Source of the DNA: an uncultured Anaerolineales bacterium
GTDB lineage: Bacteria; Chloroflexota; Anaerolineae; UBA7937
DNA: 64,000 nucleotides
NCBI GenBank assembly: GCA_964383935.1
Contig: CAYLIE010000001.1
Location: 11,073-75,072, forward strand
Reading direction: 5' to 3'
Position numbers and translations under genes: made by a program. Shown here one piece after another: positions 59,262-64,000 of the stretch. Below the pieces are notes generated by a model, which had not been told where the DNA came from, did not search any database, and saw only the letters and a list, made by a program, of their open reading frames with translations. Numbering within the stretch: the stretch's first letter is position 1; each line of letters begins with the position of its first letter.

Positions 59262-59822
59262 ATGAAGGAACGTGAACCCGATTTCGAAAACGAGAAGATA
59301 CGGGCCTGGCTGATAGGGCCTTCCTTAGAGGGTCCCGCGGAAAAGGAGCAAGATCTTGAAGGTCTCGAGAAAGACCCAACTGTCATAACCATTGATGAGG
59401 AGACCGAAGAGATATTCGAGAGTCGCGCCTATCACTTCAGGCCTGGCCCGGAGACCTTCTCTTTTCTCCTTGGCTCGCTAGCCAAGACGATGGGTGAGAA
59501 TCTTGCTGAGATCCCTCCGGAGGAGCTTGTGGATCATGTGATGGACATGATCGAAGGCACTGGTATCAAGTTCCTGGCCAAGCGGCGCAAGGAGGATGGT
59601 CGAATCACCTTTATTTTGGTGGGGATCAGTTGCCATTCACGGTCGCTCCTCGATCGCCAGGAATTGGTCAAGGAGGCCGGTTATCGCAAGGCGGTCCAGG
59701 AGTTTGAAGAGCTCCCCCTTTCAAGGGCGATCCTTTCGCCACCGGCAGTGGTCACCCTTGAGGAGTGGCGCCGCTATGCTGAGGAAGGTCCCCTCTCAAG
59801 AAGCGAACGCGAGGGAGAATAG
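59262..59822 (+). CDS. hypothetical protein
   Basis: MKEREPDFENEKIRAWLIG.... 186 aa from ATG 59262; track ORF starts at 59208. No family recognised. Confidence 0.4.
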   Translation: MKEREPDFENEKIRAWLIGPSLEGPAEKEQDLEGLEKDPTVITIDEETEEIFESRAYHFRPGPETFSFLLGSLAKTMGENLAEIPPEELVDHVMDMIEGTGIKFLAKRRKEDGRITFILVGISCHSRSLLDRQELVKEAGYRKAVQEFEELPLSRAILSPPAVVTLEEWRRYAEEGPLSRSEREGE

Positions 59823-59874
59823 AAAGAGCCAGACTTGAGCTGGGAAGGAAGAAGCCTCCAGGCCACGTTGATGC

Positions 59875-59982
59875 CTACCTGGGCTTTCTCTTCCGTCCCT
59901 TCTCAACCATGACCGGAAGAGCCAGTAACCATATGAAGACCGTGATTCCTACAAGAAGCCATTCTAGAGGCGTCAAGGCCAT
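59875..59982 (-). CDS. small hydrophobic peptide with basic tail (paralogue C3, canonical ATG)
   Basis: AAGGAGGTG RBS, 9 nt, then ATG. MALTPLEWLLVGITVFIWLLALPVMVEKGRKRKPR*. Same RBS spacing and architecture as C1 and C2. Confidence 0.55.
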   Translation of the reverse strand: MALTPLEWLLVGITVFIWLLALPVMVEKGRKRKPR

Positions 59983-60501
59983 ATGTTCAATCACCTCCTT
60001 CGGAGAAAGAGACAACTCATCAAGTATCCAGATATAAACAGGGTCAGTCCTATGAGTGTCACTCGAAAGGAAAACCCTCGCTCGGAAAGAATCTGTCCGA
60101 AGACGAGGGCTCCAATCGCTATATTTGCCAGATCGACTAACTTGTCCGCAGAAAGCCTTCGATGATCCTCGTTGAAGCGGATAACCATGCACTCTGATGT
60201 TAGCACATTGAGCGAGATGCTGTCAATACCACAATACGGAGTATCCTAGGCGAAGCATAGACAGCCGACCTGCACATAGCGATCTGGTCTACATTTCCCC
60301 CCTTTACCGCCTTTTCCTTATTTTGTTTTCCCTCGCGCCCGCGCGAAAGAGGGGATTGAGAGAGCTGGGGGAGGGTAGACGATATGCCTATGTGCAATCC
60401 GATTCCACTGACATCCGCTAATGAGAAATGCTCAAGGTGTCCCTGAGTAATAGTCTGATCAGGATGGAGCTTATGCGCCTTTGTATGACTCTTGGTAATA
60501 G

Positions 60502-60530
60502 TTGACTGTTACGGTGCCATAGGTTATACT
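60502..60530 (+). promoter_or_regulatory. sigma70-type promoter for the PAPS-reductase-like/PLD/NTPase operon
   Basis: TTGACT (60502-07), 17 nt, TATACT (60525-30), 65 nt before the ATG. Confidence 0.5.
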
Positions 60531-60595
60531 GGTTGCAAACCTAAATCCTTCTCTGCAGGTTCGCAATCTCGCACGCTACAGAAACGGGCAGGTGA

Positions 60596-61321
60596 ATGCA
60601 GGTACCAGAGTGGCTGGGGCATCTGCAAGAGGCTGAAACCGCGTACGTGCTGTTTTCGGGCGGCAAAGACAGTTCGGCGGCCCTGGTGTACACCAAGGAG
60701 CTGAGTGACGAGTTTTGCGAATCTCCTCGATTAGTAGCGGTCCATGTGGATACGACGGCGGGACTTCCTGCTGTTGAAGAGTTCTCAAAGCAGTTCTGTA
60801 GTCATGTTGGCGTGCCTCTTACGGTTTTGAGGCCTGAAGAGGACTATTTTAGTCTAGTGAAGCGTTGGGGCGTGCCGCGCCCTAGGGCGAGGTGGTGTTG
60901 CTTCCATCTGAAAATAGAGCCGATCAAGTTGTTCCTTGATGGGCAGAAGAATTACGTGGTCTTGGACGGGATGCGAAGGCAGGAATCACGGAAGCGCTCC
61001 CAGTATCCGCCCACCTACGATCATCCCCATTTTGGGCTGGTAATTCACCCAATTATAGATTGGACAAAGGACAGAGTTGAAGATTTCATTGCCTCAAGGG
61101 ACTTGCCTATCAATCCAGCGTACGAAATGGGATTCAGTTCCTGGGAGTGCTGGTGTGGTGTGTTCAAGCGAAAGTGTGAATTTGAGAAACTGCGGGATGT
61201 GGATAGGGACTTCTTCATGAAACTGGTGGAACTGGAGGATTCCCTTACAAGTGGGTATGCTTACGCCTATTTTGATGGCAAACCCTTCTACCTAAAGGGT
61301 CTACTACAGGAGAAAGATTGA
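60596..61321 (+). CDS. PP-loop ATP pyrophosphatase of the PAPS-reductase/DndC-SspD-like family with Cys cluster
   Basis: PP-loop 'VLFSGGKDSSAAL'. Cys-rich segments RARWCCFH and WECWCGVFKRKCEF suggest an Fe-S site. 241 aa. Confidence 0.65.
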   Translation: MQVPEWLGHLQEAETAYVLFSGGKDSSAALVYTKELSDEFCESPRLVAVHVDTTAGLPAVEEFSKQFCSHVGVPLTVLRPEEDYFSLVKRWGVPRPRARWCCFHLKIEPIKLFLDGQKNYVVLDGMRRQESRKRSQYPPTYDHPHFGLVIHPIIDWTKDRVEDFIASRDLPINPAYEMGFSSWECWCGVFKRKCEFEKLRDVDRDFFMKLVELEDSLTSGYAYAYFDGKPFYLKGLLQEKD

Positions 61322-61322
61322 T

Positions 61323-61859
61323 TTGCAAGTGGAAGTTGTGGCAAACCAGCATCATCGTGGAGTGATAGAACGCTTATTGGAAGGAAGGCCGTTCCGCGTG
61401 CGGCTGTACGCACTACACGTTCATGATGTCCAACTGATCAGCTCTTCGCTAGGATTGCGCTTAATCAGGCTATTGGGGTCAGATTGTACAGTAACGGTAG
61501 CTTTTGGAGACAGGCTTTGGGACACGGAGACGGGCAGCCCCAGGAACGAGTTATGTAGGCAAGTCCTCGACTTCTTGAAGGAGATCGAGGATTATGGGGC
61601 AAACGTGTGGCACGTACCAGATCCCTTGCTACACGCAAAAGTCCTATATGTTGAGGAAGAAATGCCGGGTGCCGGGCGAACGAGTCGTGCGTTGGTGAGT
61701 AGCGCGAACTTCACGGAGACGGGTATTGGCGGTAGCAACTTTGAACTGGGGATCGGTTTCGAAGACTTAGAGGCGTGCCCAATCCTGGCACAGAGCATAA
61801 AGAAGTTCACCGATGGAGTACTCGGTGCAGCCAGACCTATACCTTGGGAAGGAGTTTAG
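61323..61859 (+). CDS. phospholipase D (HKD)-like nuclease-family protein
   Basis: Single HKD-like motif HAKVLYVEEE...GRTSRALVSSANFTETG. Start 2 nt after the previous stop. 178 aa. Confidence 0.55.
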   Translation: MQVEVVANQHHRGVIERLLEGRPFRVRLYALHVHDVQLISSSLGLRLIRLLGSDCTVTVAFGDRLWDTETGSPRNELCRQVLDFLKEIEDYGANVWHVPDPLLHAKVLYVEEEMPGAGRTSRALVSSANFTETGIGGSNFELGIGFEDLEACPILAQSIKKFTDGVLGAARPIPWEGV

Positions 61860-62978
61860 ATGATGTGGTTCGAGAGGTACAACTTCAAAGAAGATCCCTA
61901 CGTGGTGCGCGATCCATTCGAGACTTCACTAGAGTTCATCCAATGGGATAGGGAGGACCTCGTACACAAGAAGAATCTTGACTTTTTCATAAGGGATGTC
62001 GTAGGTGGCTATCGCGTTGGATTGAAGGTGTATGGCGCCAGTGGCAGTGGGAAAACCTGGTTGCTGAGATATCTCCAGAAAGAATTGGTGCGGCAGCTTG
62101 GTGACGAGGTAGTTGTTCTCTATGGAAAGATTCCGCGGTTTGATCCCACGTTCTGGGTCTTCTATGACATGGTAGTGAAGGGTTGGCTCGACCATCGAAG
62201 TAGAATCCTAGAGACCATCGCAAGGACAGCCGGTGACGTGGAATCCGCATGGCAGGAGCACATAGGAGACGCTGACTTGGCAAGCTGTCTATGGAGGCTA
62301 AAGTACAAGGCTGACGAAAAGGTAACAATCAGCCTTTGTGAGCATTGGTTAAGGGGCACAAAGATTCCGGTTCGTGACCTGAGCCAAGTCGGTGCAACGG
62401 CTTCACTGGATCGCGACTACTCGAGGTATTCCGTCCTTGTCCAATTATTGGACCTAGCCTTGCAGGCTTTCGGCACATGCGTCCTCATGGTTGATGAGCT
62501 TGAGAATGCTCCTGGGTCACTCGCTCGGGCGCTCGGCGATGCCCTCAGAGACCTCTTGGATAGCTTCTCCGAGCGATTCGCATTGGCATGCAGCTACACA
62601 GCTCAAGCGGCGGACGAGTTGCTCGATAGGGGATACGGAGAGTTCTTGTTCAGGCGCTTGGAGTGGCACGTAAAGCTTGATCCAATCACGCCTGACAACG
62701 CTCCTGGCGTTTTTAGGGTCCATCATGGCACGTACCGAAAGCCTGGACATGAGGGCGATCAATTGGCTCCCTTCACGGAGCAAGCACTACGCAGGTTGTT
62801 GAGGGAAATGGAGCCAGAAAAGTGGTATCCGGGGTTCATATTCCCTAATTGTGGAGTCTTAGGGCGTCTAGCGAGTGAAGCAAGTGCTGATACGATAGAC
62901 GAGACTTTTGTGGAGACGACGGCGTTTCAGAAGCGGGAAGTCTTTCCATACCTGGGGCCAGAGTCCAGACTTATATAG
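61860..62978 (+). CDS. P-loop NTPase (AAA/ORC-like) of unknown family
   Basis: ATG immediately after the PLD stop with an AAGGAG RBS. Walker A 'VYGASGSGKTWLLRYL' and Walker B 'CVLMVDELEN'. 372 aa. Confidence 0.55.
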   Translation: MMWFERYNFKEDPYVVRDPFETSLEFIQWDREDLVHKKNLDFFIRDVVGGYRVGLKVYGASGSGKTWLLRYLQKELVRQLGDEVVVLYGKIPRFDPTFWVFYDMVVKGWLDHRSRILETIARTAGDVESAWQEHIGDADLASCLWRLKYKADEKVTISLCEHWLRGTKIPVRDLSQVGATASLDRDYSRYSVLVQLLDLALQAFGTCVLMVDELENAPGSLARALGDALRDLLDSFSERFALACSYTAQAADELLDRGYGEFLFRRLEWHVKLDPITPDNAPGVFRVHHGTYRKPGHEGDQLAPFTEQALRRLLREMEPEKWYPGFIFPNCGVLGRLASEASADTIDETFVETTAFQKREVFPYLGPESRLI

Positions 62979-63967
62979 GAGAGCTTGCCGTCCCGACCAG
63001 CTATGGCTGACTGCACTATGCCTTCATTCGCCAATCGCCTAATTAGCCGCCGCAAAGTCTTCTCTTCGAGTACGCAGTACCGTTCTATCAGTAGGCTCAT
63101 ACAGACATATACACTGATGGAACGTACGTCAGACAAGCGCAGCTGTGGTCTCTCAAAGAGGGCGTAGGCCTTACGGAACAGCTCGAGAAAACGCGCGCGG
63201 CTAGGCTTGTGCTCATATCGAAAGTCAGGGAGACATCCAGGCGCGTCACCTACGTAGGCAGATGCTGCCCAATAGATCTTCTCCTGCAGTTCAGCGCCCT
63301 CCTTGGAGAAGAGACCGAGCAGCTTCTGTGCCATGCTTGTTAACTGAAGCCGTTGAGGATTCACGAGGCCCAGTTGCTGCAACCAAAATCGGAAACAATC
63401 AAAGTTGTTCCGCACTTTCCTTGGTGGGGAGTCTGGCTGCCTAGAGAAGTGCAAGGACAAATACGCCTTGTCCTCCCAGGTGCTACAGGTGCTATTGGAC
63501 AAGACCCTTTGGCCGTAAGACGTGATGACTCGTTCTATGGGTCCGCCTGCATTCTGAGAGATGGCTCCTAGAGCAGAACTGAACTGCAACGGGAGGTACA
63601 GGGCAAGAGCGCGAAAATAGAATACCTTTTCTGCAAGTTCAAGGGTTTTGTTTGACTTTGCAGGCACCAGAGCGCAAAGCGCTTTTCCCTCGCTGGAAAG
63701 CACATAGCCGCCATTCTCGCGCGTCACTAGTCCGAGTGATTCCATGGCGCGCAAATGCCTCTTGATCACCTTGACATTCGTCAGACCCAGCTCTTTCTGA
63801 ATCAAGGGCACAAGCATATCAGTTTCCATAAGTCCTTCGGGGCGCATGATGTGGCAAATTCCCGTGAAGCGGTGCAATTGCCCCTCTGACGTGGTCAGGT
63901 CTGCCAGGAATCCAGTGCGCGAGACTTCCATGCGATTGGTATTCGCTTCCTTATCTACTATGTCCAT
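62927..63967 (-). CDS. hypothetical protein with winged-helix (MarR/HxlR-like) DNA-binding region
   Basis: LIQKELGLTNVKVIKRHLRAMESLGLVTRENGGYVLSSEGKAL. 346 aa. Convergent with the NTPase gene, ends overlapping by about 50 nt. Confidence 0.4.
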   Translation of the reverse strand: MDIVDKEANTNRMEVSRTGFLADLTTSEGQLHRFTGICHIMRPEGLMETDMLVPLIQKELGLTNVKVIKRHLRAMESLGLVTRENGGYVLSSEGKALCALVPAKSNKTLELAEKVFYFRALALYLPLQFSSALGAISQNAGGPIERVITSYGQRVLSNSTCSTWEDKAYLSLHFSRQPDSPPRKVRNNFDCFRFWLQQLGLVNPQRLQLTSMAQKLLGLFSKEGAELQEKIYWAASAYVGDAPGCLPDFRYEHKPSRARFLELFRKAYALFERPQLRLSDVRSISVYVCMSLLIERYCVLEEKTLRRLIRRLANEGIVQSAIAGRDGKLSYISLDSGPRYGKTSRF

Positions 63968-64000
63968 ACCAAACTAGGCTATAGACATATTGTACGCACA

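Overview
The window is a 64-kb stretch of a GC-rich (about 60%) bacterial chromosome, probably a thermophilic Chloroflexi-like lineage, made up of a mostly housekeeping left three-quarters and a lower-GC mobile/defence-type island from about 49.8 kb to the window end. The left three-quarters (1 to about 49.8 kb) is mostly housekeeping or metabolic:
- SelB C-terminus at the window start.
- A NurA/HerA nuclease-helicase operon with two inserted genes, one of them a low-GC protein carrying an Rx4H HEPN-like motif.
- An APC permease-UspA fusion, an S8 protease, a truncated comM remnant, and a BMP-family ABC uptake system.
- An amino-acid catabolic cluster: threonine dehydratase, frameshifted dppA, a DapB-like dehydrogenase, proline dehydrogenase, and a frameshifted P5C dehydrogenase.
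- A candidate selenoprotein: a ferredoxin-thioredoxin-reductase-like/glutaredoxin fusion with an in-frame TGA in a conserved CPC motif and a downstream hairpin.
- The rrf2-cysE-cysK-nifS-nifU operon, FTCD, an HD-GYP phosphodiesterase, PcrA/UvrD, LysE, adenine deaminase, Maf, two tandem paralogous GT39-family glycosyltransferases with triple C-terminal repeat domains, and ribosomal protein L9.

From about 49.8 kb to the end the sequence has lower GC (about 50%) and looks like a mobile/defence-type island:
- A large serine recombinase and a transposase C-terminal remnant.
- Three tandem roughly 60-bp repeats, each carrying a TTTACGSCGTAAA palindrome.
- An OLD-family ATPase/TOPRIM nuclease translationally coupled to a stand-alone WYL protein, with a convergent NYN nuclease gene.
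- Three paralogous small hydrophobic peptides with basic tails.
- A three-gene operon (PP-loop PAPS-reductase-like / PLD-like / P-loop NTPase) with a convergent winged-helix protein that matches no system I can name.

All calls are from reading the sequence by eye. No searches were run, and GC values are visual estimates.
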